Assembly (NCBI RefSeq): GCF_006345805.1
Contig: NC_043002.1
Location: 58,838,001-58,902,000, forward strand
Reading direction: 5' to 3'
From: Octopus sinensis
Lineage: Eukaryota
Length of the DNA stretch: 64,000 nucleotides
The notes under the pieces: model-generated
What the model was told of the DNA's origin: nothing
What the model saw: only the letters and a program-made list of their open reading frames with translations
The model's database searches: none
Shown: one piece after another, positions 50,769 to 64,000 of the stretch
Layout of the letters: each line of letters opens with the position of its first letter
Numbering within the stretch: position 1 is the stretch's first letter
Translations under genes and position numbers: made by a program

Positions 50769-52854
50769 TAATCAAAGGACATACTAAGTATGTCTACCTG
50801 CTAGAAATAACAGTCAAAACTCTTATTAAATCGCCAAAGAATACACTGATGAAAACTACAGAACTCAAACGAAGGCAAAATCAGGTTAAGAACATCTACT
50901 AACATACATTTAAGTATTAGGACTCACGCGGACCGGTTTCTGCATTAAAATTAATGACACCTTCGTAAATTAATTCTTGATGAATTATTTTTCTCATAAA
51001 TTGTATATATATATACATGTAATCTTTTTTATTATAGGCACAAGGCCTGAAATTTTGGGGGAGGGGGCCAGTTGATTAGATCGACCCAGTACACAACAGG
51101 TACTTAATTTATCAACCCCAAAAGGACGAAAGGCAAAGTTGCCCACTTTATGTTCTGGCTTTGCTGAATTTTCTTGAGATCAATTTTTTCTTAGTGGTCA
51201 GACCATATGGGGTCTATATTTAGCATATTAGGTGCCCACCTAGTGGTCATTCCTCTTATATGTATGTAATATAATTTTTGGGATCTTCAGATTCTTTTCA
51301 ATATGCTAGGCCACTGGTTTAAATTGATATTAATCTAATTAATATAAATTTTTTACCCTTATAATTTAAATTTATATACATATATATATATATATCATCA
51401 TCATCATTTAACGTCCGCTTTCGATGCTAGCATTGGCTGGACAATTTGACTGAAGACTGGCGAACCAGATGGCTGCACCAGGCTCCAATCTTGATCTGGC
51501 AGAGTTTCTACAGCTGGATGAACTTCCTAACGCCAACCACTCCGAGAGTGTAGTGGGTGCTTTTACGTGCCACCAGCATGAGGGCCAGTCAGGCGATACT
51601 GGCAACAGCCACACTCAAATGGTGTTTTTTATGTGCCACCTGCACAGGTGCCAGTCCAGCGGCACTGGCAATGACTTCGCTCGAATGTTTTTCCACGTGC
51701 CACCAACACAAGTGCAGGTAAGGTAACGCTGGTAATAATCATGCTCGAATGGTGCTTTTTACGTGGCACCGGCACACATTCTGAATATTCAGATTTTATC
51801 TGAATATTTTTAAATAAATCAGCGTGGCTGTGTGGTTTAAGAAGCTTGCTTCCCAACCACTTGGTTTTAAGTTCAGTCCCACTGCATAGCACTTTGGGTA
51901 AGTGTCATCTACTGTAGCCCCTGGCCAAGCAAAACCTTGAGTGGATTTGATAGACAGAAACTGAAAGGAGCCCCTCGTATGTGTCTGTTTCTGTGTACCA
52001 TTACCTAGGCATCATATAATATCTGTTAATGAGCACCATTGCCAGTTCAGTGGAAATCTGTAACCAACAATGCTTAGTTAACTGTTACCATCATCAGCAT
52101 TTAATGTCTGTTTTCCATGCTCGCATCGTTTTGAGCTGAGTGGGGATGCTAGATTCCTTTGTTCAAAAATATAAGGACACAGATCATGTCGTATAGCCAG
52201 CTGGAGACAATGTGTCCTGGGGCTAAATTACAGCAACATTAGCCCTTTACTACATTCTTAAATTAGTTTGAAAATATTCTAAATTGAAGGCGGCGAGCTG
52301 GCAGAAACGTTAGCACACCAAGCAAAATGCATAGCCGTATTTCGTCTGCCATTATGTTCTGAGTTCAAATTCTGCCAAGGTCGACTTTGCCTTTCATCCT
52401 TTTGGGGTCGATAAATTAAGTACCAGTTATACACTGGGGTTAATATAATCAACTCAATCCGTTTGTCTGTCCTTGTTTGTCCCCTCTGTGTTTAGCCCCT
52501 TGTGGGTAGTAAAGAAATAAATATTCTAAACTGAGCAGAAACTTGGCCAAAATAAGAAAATTTTAAAGGGAAAGAGCAGAATGAAAAAGAAAAACAATAA
52601 ATTCAGTAGAATAGAGGAATTATAAACAACTACTTCTAAATTTAAAACTAAAATAGAAAGTAGTGAGACTTTTTATTTGCTTCAGTCATTGGATTGTGGT
52701 CATACTGGAGCACCACCTTGAACATATTGACTTCAGTACTTATTTAAGTTTGGTGCATATTCTATTGGCCTTTTTTGCTGAATCACTATATTACAGGGAA
52801 TAAATAAACCAACACCGGTTGTCCTGTGGTGATGGTTGGGAGACAAACACAAAG

Positions 52855-52889
<35 letters not shown>

Positions 52890-55037
52890 TATCATATTAT
52901 CACACATAACAGGCTTTCACATAGCTTTTGTCTACCAAAGTCACTCGCAAGGCTTGGTTGGCCCAGGGCTAGAGTAGAAGACCCTTGCCCAAGGTGCTGT
53001 GCAATGGGACTGAATCCAAAACCTTTTGGTTACCGAGGGAGATTTTTAATCATACAGCCATGTTTGCACCTATAAACACAGCCATGCCTGGGGAAAAAAT
53101 AACAAGAGAGAGGAGTAGATAGAACGAAGATGAAGAGGAAAAAGACTAGATAAGTTGCAGATGTTGGAGATGGAAATGAAAGATAAAGACAGAGGGAGGG
53201 AGAGAAAGGAAGAGAGGGGGAGGGAGGGAGAGAGAAGAGGAGTGAGAGAAGAGGCAGAGAGAACATTGGTAAATGTGTAGCAAAGGAATTTATGAGTTAT
53301 GCTCTTGCTGTAGGTCTTGATCTGTTGTATATAAATAAATATGAAAATATTTTAAGCAGATAATGTACAAGGAATGCCAAGCAAGAAGGGGAAGGATAAT
53401 CAGGGACATAAAAATAACATATTTATATTTGTGTTCTCTCTCACACATACACATACATGCACATACACAAATTATATAATTTCTTTTGGAATATATCTTT
53501 TATAATCATTGTCAAACGAACAAGCTTGCAATTGAGTTCAAATACTGTTGGCCAAGGTGAATTTTGCCATTCATCTTTTAGAGGTCAATAAAATAAAGTC
53601 CCAGCCAGTTACAGCAGGCAATGGTTTCAACTTATGGCCCCACCACTCACAAATGCTGACCTTCTGCCTTAATTAAACAACATTATTATTATGATTATTA
53701 TTATTATACAATGACCAAAACCTTTGGAAATATACTGAGCTTGTAAGGGAGTGAGCGGGCAGAAGTGCTAGTACACTGGGCGAAATGCTTAGCAGCATTT
53801 CATCTGTCTTTGCATTCTGAGTTCAAATTCTACTGAGGTCTACTTTGCCTTTCATCCTTTAGAGGTCGATAAATTAAGTACCAGTTGTATACTGGGATTG
53901 ATCTAATTCACTGGTTACCTCCCCCAAAATTTCAGGCCTTGTGCCTAGAGCAGAAAAGAATATACTGAGCTTGTGTAGACCTGTCAAGCCAAGTGAGACC
54001 GTAGTCGTGGCTGATGCTGGTGTCATGTCAATGGTACTTGTGCCAGTGGAACGTAAAAAACACCCACTGCACTCTCAGAGTGCTTGGTGTTAGGAAGGGC
54101 ATCCAGCTGTAGAACCCTTGCCATATCAGACTGGAACCTGGTACAGCCCCACCAACTTACCTGTTTTCAGTCAAACTGTCCAACCCATGCCAGCATGGAA
54201 AAACAGGCATTAAATAATGATGATGATGATGATGAGCATTTATACAGTCAAGGGGTTATCAATTCGTACTTGAGTAGCCGAAAACCCAAGTAACAGGATA
54301 GGCAGAGACAGCAAGAGGACTTTTCATTTACTATATAGGATAAATGTTGCATTATTCATGGAATTTTTTTTACACATTTTCTCTGGCATATACCTAGAGC
54401 TGACAGCATTATGAACCCTTCAGCATCTAAACAGAGCATATCTGGCCCAAATATTCTACTTGTTTTATGTAAAAACTAGCCAGACCCAGCTTCTCACACA
54501 TACCTGGCAATGTCTTTCAAAACATTGACAAGTACATCATAATATTGTAGCTACAAGATAATGCATGATTAATTAAAGAAAATGTGAATAAATAAGCATT
54601 ACATTTGATTGAGTAACCTGGATGCTAATGAGTTAAACTGGGTCAGCTCCAAGCTGAGATGTACAAATTTTTCTTATGTGTATAGACAAACATTACTTCC
54701 ACACTAGCAAACAAAAAGATAGTTCCTGATTAAGTCAGTCAGAAAAGAACCAGCCACAAATACTTGTATCAATAGTCATCTAGCTAACAGGTAAAAAATG
54801 TGCCAACTACCAACAATTTAAAACTGCACTAACATATGAACTCTACTAAAACTGCAACATAGCAACAACCTCAACACAACTATAAGTTGTTGTGTTTTTT
54901 TCTGCTGCTTGTGGAAAACATTTTCTTCTTTTCAAATTCACATTTGCAAATATGGACTTAGGACCACAGTTAACCCTTTAGCATTCAGATTACTCTGTCA
55001 TACATAATACTTATTTATTCATATTGTTTTGAATTAA

Positions 55038-55258
55038 CCCTTTTGATACCAACCTGGCTGAAACCACCTCTAGCTCTGTAGTACAATGTCTTGTTTTCAG
55101 AAGTTTTGAATTAAAATATTCCACCAAACCTTAGTCACAATTTATGTTCCTAACACCAGCTGAATGATAACTAAATTATTTTACTAAATTCTTTGTTATA
55201 TTTAAAATTAATTGAAAGAAACACAGAGCATCTCAACAGAAATATGGTAAGAAAAGGG
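55038..55258. mobile_element. piggyBac-like MITE
   Basis: TTAA|CCCTTTT...AAAAGGG|TTAA; same family as 37968 and the partial at 55288-55395; other TTAA-family fragments at 54410-54640 and 54972. Confidence 0.8.
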
Positions 55259-56278
55259 TTAAAATATATAATAGAGAAACAATTCTTAACCCTTTTGATA
55301 ACACCCCAGCTGAAACTGGCTCTGGCTCTATAGTACAAATGTCTTGTTTTCAGAAGTTTTGAACTAAAATCTTCCACCAAACCTTAGTCAGAAGTTATCT
55401 GGCATACTAACAATTCTGCCAGCTCACCACCTTAATAATAAATTAACATGAAATTTTGGTAGATGGGTTTTAATTTCGATCACTATGGAACAGGAAGTTT
55501 GTATGACAAAGCCAGGGGTTGGTCTCAAGCAGGTTGGTATCAAAAGGGCTAAAAAAAGTGAAGACGTACTGCATAATTTAGTCATAAATACATTATGCCT
55601 GATACAAAGATGTGATGGCTGTGGTTGACTTGATTATAGTTCCATTCAATCAGCATCTAGACACCACCACCACAACCACCACCACCACCACTACCACCAC
55701 CACCACCAAAAATGATTTTTTGCACATGATAATCACATTTGATTTAATCATTGCAATCTATATTGACTTCAAAACTTTTGTTTTGATGAATAATCAAATG
55801 GGTGTGTATGTGTGTCTTTTCTAATAAATGAGAGCAGCACTATTTATTTTCCTTATTTCATGTTTGAACAAATAATCTATTTATAAGTGACATATTGGAA
55901 AGTTGGAGAGATCTTTGTAGAAATATTTCAATAATATTTGAATAATATTTTTGAAAAGATAATTTTTGAATGAATAATTCCCCCTCCTCACACCACCACC
56001 ATTTTTCTCACCAGCTTAGATCTATAATATTAGCTTCATTACCAAGATACAAACATACGAATATACACATACATATCGTCTACCTTTTACCTTTTGCTTG
56101 TTTCTATGATTAAGTTGTGGCCATGCTGGGGTACCACATTGATAAAGTTTCAGCTGAATGAATTGACCCCAGCACTTGGTTTTTTATAAAGTCTGGTATT
56201 TATTCTATAGGTCTCTTTTGCCAAACCACTAATTACAGGGATGTAAACACACTAACACTGGTTGTCAAGTGGTGGTAA

Positions 56279-56331
<53 letters not shown>

Positions 56332-56529
56332 GTATATAACAGGCTTTTTTTTTTTCTCACTGTCTACCAAGTCCAGACACAAGGCTTTGGTTGGCCCAAG
56401 GATATAGTAAAAGGTGTAGACATGGATGTTTGGTCACACAGTTCATTTCAAAGACTGAATGAGTGGAGAAAAGCCCTAATGATGAAACTTTGAACTGTAT
56501 ACATTCACAAATGATCAAACTATGTACAA

Positions 56530-56945
56530 TATATGTAGTAAGAAGCTTGATTCCCAACCACATGGTTCTGGGTTCAGTCCCACTGTGTAACGCTTTGGGC
56601 AAGTGTCTTCTACTATAGCCTCAGGCTGACCAAAGCATTGTGAGAGGATTTGATAGATGAAAACTGAAAGGAGCCGATCGTATATATGTGTGTGTGTGTA
56701 TGTGTGTGCGTGCGTATATATTTGTGTGTGCGTGTATGTGCGTATGTTTGTGTGTCTATGTTTGTCCCCCTCCCCCATCACTTGACAACTGATGTTGGTG
56801 TGTTTATGTCCCCGTAACTTAGCAGTTTGGCTAAAGAGACCAATAGAATGACTAGGCTTACAAAGAATAAGTCCAGGGGTCGATCTGTTTGACTAAAGGC
56901 AGTGCCCCAGCATGGTCACAGTCAAATGACTGAAACAAGTAAAAG
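56530..56945 (+). mobile_element. SINE family A, full length
   Basis: Head, (TG)n linker and tail all present, ending GACTGAAACAAGTAAAAGAG. Confidence 0.85.
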
Positions 56946-57290
56946 AGTATATTGGTCATCATTTAATGTCCATTTTCTATTCTGGCATAGGTTGGATGGT
57001 TTGATGGAAGCTGGCAAGCCAGCAAGTGCACCAGGCTCTGATTGTCTGTATATGTACAAAGTAAATACTATATACACAACTGTATAGCCAAAACCATTTC
57101 AAATAATAAACACAGTTACTTCACATATACCACTTTGTGTAGATTAAACAAAGGCGTATTATAAATTGTAATGTGCAAGCATATTGCTATGTTTTATGTA
57201 GCAAACATGCACAAACATCTTCACACCCACAATATAACATATAATGAATTAATGAGTCTTAAAAATGTGTATTTTTAATGTATTTTGCAG

Positions 57291-57417
57291 GACATCTGTT
57301 GAAGATTTAGTAAAAGCAAACACTGAATGACTGAATGATGTTTTTGTAGTAAAACAGGTTGTAATGTGCTTCCACAACTCATAAGGCCATCAACCAGTAA
57401 CAGTGAAAGAGAATAAA
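57291..57417 (+). other. Candidate terminal exon (xTSVEDLVKANTE*)
   Basis: Strong acceptor TGTATTTTTAATGTATTTTGCAG, stop at 57328-57330, AATAAA at 57412-57417. Confidence 0.3.
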
Positions 57418-59004
57418 GCAGTCAGTATGTTAGAATAGAGGAATGTAATTTGTTTGTTTTGGGAAATGTTATTAAGTGGATAGGTATTTCAAGGCAAATC
57501 TGAGATATTTTTGTGCTCACAGGCACAAACATAAAGATATGATTAAGAAGTTCACTCTATAAACAGATAGTTCTGGGTTCAAGTTTGATTCCACAACATG
57601 GAAGATGAGTGTAGTTTATTAAGACAGCAGTTGATTAAACTAACCCTGGGGTGATGTAAAAACAACCAAGCTGGAGCCACACAAAAAGCTCCTGTGCTGA
57701 TGCCATGTAAAAAAGCAACCAGTACACTTTGTAAAGTGGCTGGTATTAGGAAGGGCATCCAGCCATAGAAACCATGTCAAGAACAGACAACTGGGGCCTG
57801 GTGTAGCTCTTTGACTTACCAGCTCCTGTCCAACCATCCATCTCATGCCAGCAGAGAAGACAGATATCAAATGATGATGACTTGACTGGCATTTGCTCAC
57901 CATCAGACAGAATTTGAACCCAGACTAGAAAGAGATGTGACTAAATACAGCAAAACAGACTGCAACCCTTCATCTCCAAGCACAACAGTTCTCGGAGAGT
58001 TCATATCAGGTTTTGTTGTTATAATTTATGGGCAATAAATTGGCTATACTTTTACAATATACAAATATTTTAATTTTCAACACAATTCGTAATATTTTAA
58101 TTATAAAAATATAACAGGATTTTCTGCATATATACCACAAATAGCTATGGAGGTCAAGCAGAGTAAAACAGAAATCAAAGGGATCCACAGGCAGAGAACC
58201 AGAAGCAGTCTTGGGGAAGCTGGTTCCAATTGTTGATGTCCTTATTCAACAGTAATATTGAATTAGGCAATATAGGTTCAATTCCAGATCAAGCCATTTC
58301 AACCCCTAATATCATTATGTGTAGTTTCTGTCTATATTCTGAAAGAGTAGAGAAAAGAGGTTCTTTCTTCCAATCAGGTTTGTTCTTTACACATTTTGAA
58401 GAGACATTTCCCAACAGTGGTCTAAAAGTCAATTAAGGGGTACAGGGCATTACCATTTTTTGACATGGTTTCTAAGCAAATTCAGCATTCACACAGGTAT
58501 GCTGGTGCCTCACTTAGTGTATCAATTAATGAAAATGAAGAAGTACTAGTTTGATAGCAAGATGCTATCAAATACTTTCAGATTGAAATTTTATCTAAAA
58601 TGTATAAATTTCCAATTAAATGTTGGGACATCAACAACCAGAAGACAAACAATAATACTCTCTAACACAAAATGCTAGTGTCAATATCTATATAACTGCA
58701 ACTATTTAGCCTTTTGTTATTATGAGCGAACCTTTTCATCATTTGACCTAAAAAACTTTCTATGAAATTCTGTTTTGACAACACATCTGTTTCCTTCCCT
58801 TTTATATATATGTTCCTCTTTCACTTTGTATTGAAATCTCCATATCATCGTTTTAATGTCTAGTTTTCCTTGCATGAATGGGTCAGACAGAGTTTATCGA
58901 GACAGATTTTCCACTGTTGGACGCTCTTCCTGTTGCTAACACTTAACTGTTTCCAAGCAAGTTAATATTTTCCCATGGTCAGACATGTTTTCACTGACCA
59001 TAGG

Positions 59005-59302
59005 CAGTGGCGGACTGGGTCTAAAAATACTGGTTGCCAGGAGACTAAGGGGACCCACCTGCAACTACAATGCTATCATTTAATTCTTTTTTTTTTTTTT
59101 TGTTAAAAGTATTCTTTTCAACTGTCTACAAACACAGCCAGACTGAAATAATTAACGCATTCTTCCAGGAGTGAATAAAAACTTCTCAAACTTGAGGGGA
59201 TGGGCCCCTTAGATACTAACATGGGCCCCCATATAGGGATTCTAATGGCACAGGAGCCCACTTGCCGTCGGACATGCTGGCAACCTGGTCAGTCCGCCAC
59301 TG
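59005..59302. mobile_element. hAT-like MITE
   Basis: Perfect 13-bp TIRs CAGTGGCGGACTG / CAGTCCGCCACTG; TSD ACCATAGG / ACTATAGG. Confidence 0.85.
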
Positions 59303-59461
59303 ACTATAGGAAATGAACAACATTCATTTACGACAATCACTTGATGTCAAAAGAAAGAGAGAGAAACACTCTCTCTCACACACAGACATAAAGATACATA
59401 CATTGTTTGTGTGCATGTGTGTGTTCACATGCGTACATGTATGTGTCTATACACTGGACAT

Positions 59462-59870
59462 ACACTTTTTTACTTGTTTCAGTCATTTGACAGCGGCCAT
59501 GCTGGAGCACCACCTTTTGTTGAGAAAATCGACCCTAGGACTTATTCTTTGGAAACCTGGTACTTATTCTATCAATCTCTTTTGCCTAACCGCTAAGTTA
59601 CGGGAATGTAAACACACCACCATCGGTTGTCAAGCGATGTTGGGGGGATAAACACAGACACACAAACATATACACACACATACATATATATATATACATA
59701 TATACGACGGGCTTCTTTCAGTGTCCGTCTACCAAATCCACTCACAAGGCTTTGGTTGGCCTGAGGCTATGGTAGAAGACACTTGCCCAAGGTGCCACGC
59801 AGTGGGACTGAACCCAGAACCATATGGTTGGTAAGCAAGCTACTTACCACAGCAACTCCTGCACCTATGT
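59462..59870 (-). mobile_element. SINE family A, full length, low divergence
   Basis: Complete head-linker-tail with CpGs retained; a similar copy at ~63365-63745(-). Confidence 0.9.
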
Positions 59871-59982
59871 AAATAGTAAATAATTTGTCACTTGAAATCA
59901 TATTTGTGATAATTCCAATGTTCTTTTTTTTCCTTTTATAAATCTACAAAGTTCAAAACAAGAAAGCAAGGAAAGAACTTAC

Positions 59983-60089
59983 ATTGCATTTGAGAATTTC
60001 CGACGACTCCTCATAAGCAAATCAGTTCTGATAATTTGGTTAGTTTCATGTGAATTGCTTTTAGAACATCGTCTATCCCTGACCACCAG
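59983..60089 (-). other. Candidate 107-nt exon
   Basis: Consensus donor GTAAGT, acceptor TTATATTAG, frame LVVRDRRCSKSNSHETNQIIRTDLLMRSRRKFSNA open. Confidence 0.25.
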
Positions 60090-60197
60090 CTAATATAATG
60101 CTAACAACTAAATTGTAATACAATTCTATATTTAAGAGATGAGGAATGTGTATATTATTTATATTATTTACATTTGACAGATATTTGACATTTGACA

Positions 60198-60420
60198 GGC
60201 ATATGGCATAGTGGTTGAGAGCGCAGGCTACTAACCCCAAGATTCCGAGTTCGATTCCAGGCAGTGACCTGAATAATGATAATAATAACAACAACAACAT
60301 TGAAAAAATACCTTAGGAATGAGAACCCAAGTTCAAAATTTCTCCTAGACACCTGATGTAGGCTGGAGGGTATATCAGCCAAAATGTGTTAACAACAAAC
60401 AAGACGAGGACAAATATCCA
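60198..60420 (+). mobile_element. tRNA-headed short element with a decayed hammerhead-like 3' module
   Basis: A-box TGGCATAGTGG, B-box GAGTTCGATTCC, (AAT/AAC)n linker, then ACAC-CTGATGT-A-GGCTG(loop)CAGCC-AAAA-T-GTGT. Confidence 0.5.
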
Positions 60421-61029
60421 TCAAATGTAAATAACTAAATAGTACATATAGTTGCATGGCTCAATTAGTTTGGTGGACAGTGGCAAGTAGAATAAGGTTT
60501 TGCTTCACATGGTATGATTATTTCACAATTACAAGAAGCGGGGAGATACATTTCAGGTGTTTTATCTTCATCACAAATCTCCGAAAACGTAATATAAACC
60601 TTGTTTTAAGTGTGAGTGAGCTAACAGCACAATTATTGGGTTGAGTCAAAAGTTTTGCAATGTTTTGGCACTCTATTTACTTTAGTTGCCAAGTTACAAG
60701 GAAAGAAGTCTAGCATTCAAAGTAAAAGCTGTTTCTCTAGAATATTATTGATATATTCATAGATTACATCATAACATCTTCAGATAAAATTTTAAACAGA
60801 TATAAAACAGGCGAGAGAGTACCTAATTGACGTGTCTAGATGCTATTGAATTTTATAACTAATTCGTGTGTGTGTGTGTGTGCTAACCTGGCTGTGTTGT
60901 TAAAAAGTTTGCTTTGCAACTATGCAGTTCTGGGTTCAACCCCCACAGTGTGGCACTATGTGCAAGCATCTTCAGTTGGCCACAAGCAAATCAGTGTATT
61001 GTGATTGAATTTGGTAACTATACAAAACT

Positions 61030-61069
<40 letters not shown>

Positions 61070-61553
61070 GTATGTGCATGCATGTCTGTAAGTCCTCAGT
61101 CAAACCATCCAACCATGCCAGCATGGAAAGCAGACGTTAAACGATGACAACGATGATGATGATATATATATATATATATATATATATATTACACACACAC
61201 ACACTTAAGATATAAACACAATTCAAATAAATTCAGTGTAATATTTTTGATTCTTATGTGAATATATTTCCTTTGCCAAGTAAGATACGGGAAGATATAA
61301 AATGATTTAAACCTTCCCATCAGACCTGGGAATATTGAACTTCTCTAAATAATTCTTGACAGCTGTAAATTGTTCTTCAATGACAAGCTTCCACAACTAT
61401 TGGCAATGTTTCCTTGATGCATCTCATACTATCTATAAAGTGTTAGTATGAAAAAGATTTTGTCAGTTAACAGTTTGACCTAGGTACTTTACATATGCAC
61501 AGAAGATAAATAGAGATAAGCCCCAGGTGGGTCAAGTTAGCAATTCTGTTTAA

Positions 61554-61979
61554 CCCTTTTAGCATTTAAACCAGTCATATCAAGCCCAAGCATTCTGCCT
61601 GGTTTATGTTCAAACTGGCCAGATCTGGCCCACAAGGTCATTCTAAAAATAAGCAGTTACATCATCAAAATGTTGAAGAAGCTACAAGATAATATATGCT
61701 TAATTCAAAACAATGGTTTCAAATTTTGCCACAAGGGCAGCCATTTGGGAGGAGGGGATGAGTCGATTACATCGACCCCAGCGTTCAACTGGTACTTAAT
61801 TTATCAACCCCAAAAGGATGAAAGGCAAAGTCGACCTTGGCAGAATTTGAACTCAGATCGGAGCAAAGGACGAAATACCATTAAGCATTTCGCCCAGCGT
61901 GCTAACAACTCTGCCAACTCACTGCCTAACGTGAATAAATAGACATGACAGTTGACAGAATAATCTGAATGCTAAAGGG
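61554..61979. mobile_element. piggyBac-like MITE with a nested minus-strand SINE B (~61690-61925)
   Basis: TTAA|CCCTTTTAGCATT...AATGCTAAAGGG; internal SINE B in reverse. Confidence 0.75.
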
Positions 61980-63747
61980 TTGAATAATTTTTTTAAAATA
62001 AGGCCTAGCTAGAAATGTCACGACTCCTCATGTCTCCCTGTGGCACACAATATTTTAGAAATTTTAAAACTTTTCTTTAGTTCTTTTTTGCCAATACAGA
62101 CTATTTCTAGATTCCTCAAATGTTGGTGTTTTTTTGCCTCTCTGTAAAATAATTCATGTTTATATTCTTAAGCACAAAAAATGTGAAGTTTATGCTTTTT
62201 TTAATTTCTTATAATTCCTTAATTTTAATTTCAAGCTTCTAATCTTTCTTTCAGCTACAAAGAAATGATTGTGCCCCTTGTAATAGCTGCAACAATTATA
62301 GGGACCACATGTGTCTATTACTAATGATTTGGGGAAAATGTCACATGGTTCATGTTTGACTAATCATTTCAACTGTGTATTGAAAAAAGGTGTGTTTTTG
62401 TACACACACACACACACAGAATCCACTCACAGGACTTTGGTGAGCTTGGAACTATAATAGAAGACACTTGTCCAAAATACCACACTGTGGGACAGAACCT
62501 GAAACTACATGGTTGAGAAATAGACTACTTAACCGCACTGCCATGCCAGAACTTATATATATGTATGAGAATAATTGTATTAATACACACAGAAGTATAC
62601 ACCTGAATTGCTAAATGTGTGTGCTATTATGTATAAAGTTGTGTATGTGTTGGGTATGTTCATGCATGCATGTGTAAAAGTACAAGCCAGATGTGATGGT
62701 GTATATGCGTGAAAATATTTTATGAGAGAGAGAGAAAAGTGAGAGAGAAAAAAGAAAGTGACACAAAGAAAGAGAGAAGGAAAGAAAAAGAGAATGACAA
62801 AGAAAGCAACAGAATGTGTGGTGTGTGTGAGAGAGAGATTATGTGAGTGAGATTGCATTAAGATATCAAGTAGTCGAGGCCAGGATATGAAATCACAGAC
62901 ATAAGCTCCTTTGAGATAGCATGAGCCAATAAATAAATAAATAAATTCATAAGAGATGGAGAGAAAAAAAAACAAAAGAGAAATCAATAAAAAAAAAAAT
63001 CAGTCCATTATCTTGAGAAGATTTCAAACAGAACATGAATAAGAGAACAAGCCACTCCATGCTTTTATTTGTCTCACACGGTTGTAAGTCAGACCAGATA
63101 CATTATGGTATTTCCTTGAGTGGAGAGCACTGGACTGCAGCAAAAGTGCTTCAGGTCTTCGTGATGGGAATGTGTGTATGGCTGCATGGTTAAGAAACTT
63201 GCTTTACAATCATGTGATTTCAGGTTCAGTCCTGCTGTGAGGCACCTTGGGCAAATGTCTTCTGCTATAACCTTGGACTGACCAATGCCTTGTGAGTGTA
63301 TATGGAAGATGGAAACTGTATAGAAGCTTTGTATGTATATCTTTATATATATATATATATATATATATATTCCTTTATTCTTGTTTCAGTCATTTGACTG
63401 AGGCCATACTGGAGCACCACCTTTAGTCGAACAAATCAACCCCAGGACTTATTCTATGTAAGCCTAGTACTTATTCTATCAGCCTCTTTTGCCAAACCAC
63501 TAAGTTACAGAGACGTAAACACACCAACATTGGTTGTCACATGACGGTGGGGGGGGACAAACACACACACACAAACATATATAAACGACAGGTTTCTTTC
63601 AGCTTCCATCTATCAAATTCACTCACAAGGCTTTGGTCGACCGAAGGCTATAGTAGAAGACACTTCCCCAAGTGCCACGCAGTGGGACTGAACCTGGAAC
63701 CATGTGGTTTGGAAGCAAGCTTCTTATCACACACCAATTCCTGTGTC

Positions 63748-63778
<31 letters not shown>

Positions 63779-64000
63779 TATATATATTACTTGATCACCC
63801 AGCTTATCAGATGTTATACATCGCTGGGCATTATGTACTTACTATCGTTTAAGCTTTTCAAGTGATGCCCCCACAACTGGCTAGGTAAGCAGGCTGACAT
63901 TCCCCCTGATTGGAAGGTTATTCCATTGCAGGGTTACCAATTTACAGGTCAGGGAACTAGAGCAGTGTTTAATGCAGTGTTTTGTACAAGAACACAACAC

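Noticed and set aside
50924-50975. Minus-strand ...GAAACCGGTC with upstream TTTACGA
   Set aside because: Palindromic stem III and GUC are present, but the CUGANGA core has two substitutions and stem I is absent.
58175-58338. Strong minus-strand acceptor followed by EYRQKLHIMILGVEMA*SGIEPILPNS...
   Set aside because: In-frame TGA with no good donor before it; the other two frames close immediately.
60198-60270. tRNA gene (also SINE heads at 885, 8370, 50565)
   Set aside because: A and B boxes are present but no complete acceptor stem or cloverleaf; embedded in SINE-type repeats.

Overview
AT-rich eukaryotic DNA saturated with (TA)n, (CA)n, (TAGA)n and (CAT)n microsatellites and short interspersed repeats. 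The repeat repertoire looks like a coleoid cephalopod (Octopus-like) genome; this is my recognition, not a search result. No intact protein-coding gene is evident; nearly all tracked ORFs come from microsatellites or repeats. Contents: one decayed D,D34D mariner (2061-3325), decayed RTE-type and CR1/L2-type LINE 3' ends, dozens of copies of three tRNA-headed SINE families, hAT/Tc1/piggyBac-type MITEs, several local duplications, and a few weak candidate exons on both strands. The main unexplained structure is a set of ORF-less, (TA)n-embedded, often fold-back elements carrying type I hammerhead ribozyme motifs. The clearest is a tandem and inverted array of a ~358-bp unit (33414-34750). Each complete unit holds a minimal hammerhead with a compensatory U3:A8 core (UUGAAAA instead of CUGANGA), a palindromic ACGCGU stem III and a GUC cleavage site. 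This fits a Penelope-LTR/retrozyme-like self-cleaving, potentially circular RNA system. All folds and alignments were done by eye, and coordinates of dispersed repeats are approximate.
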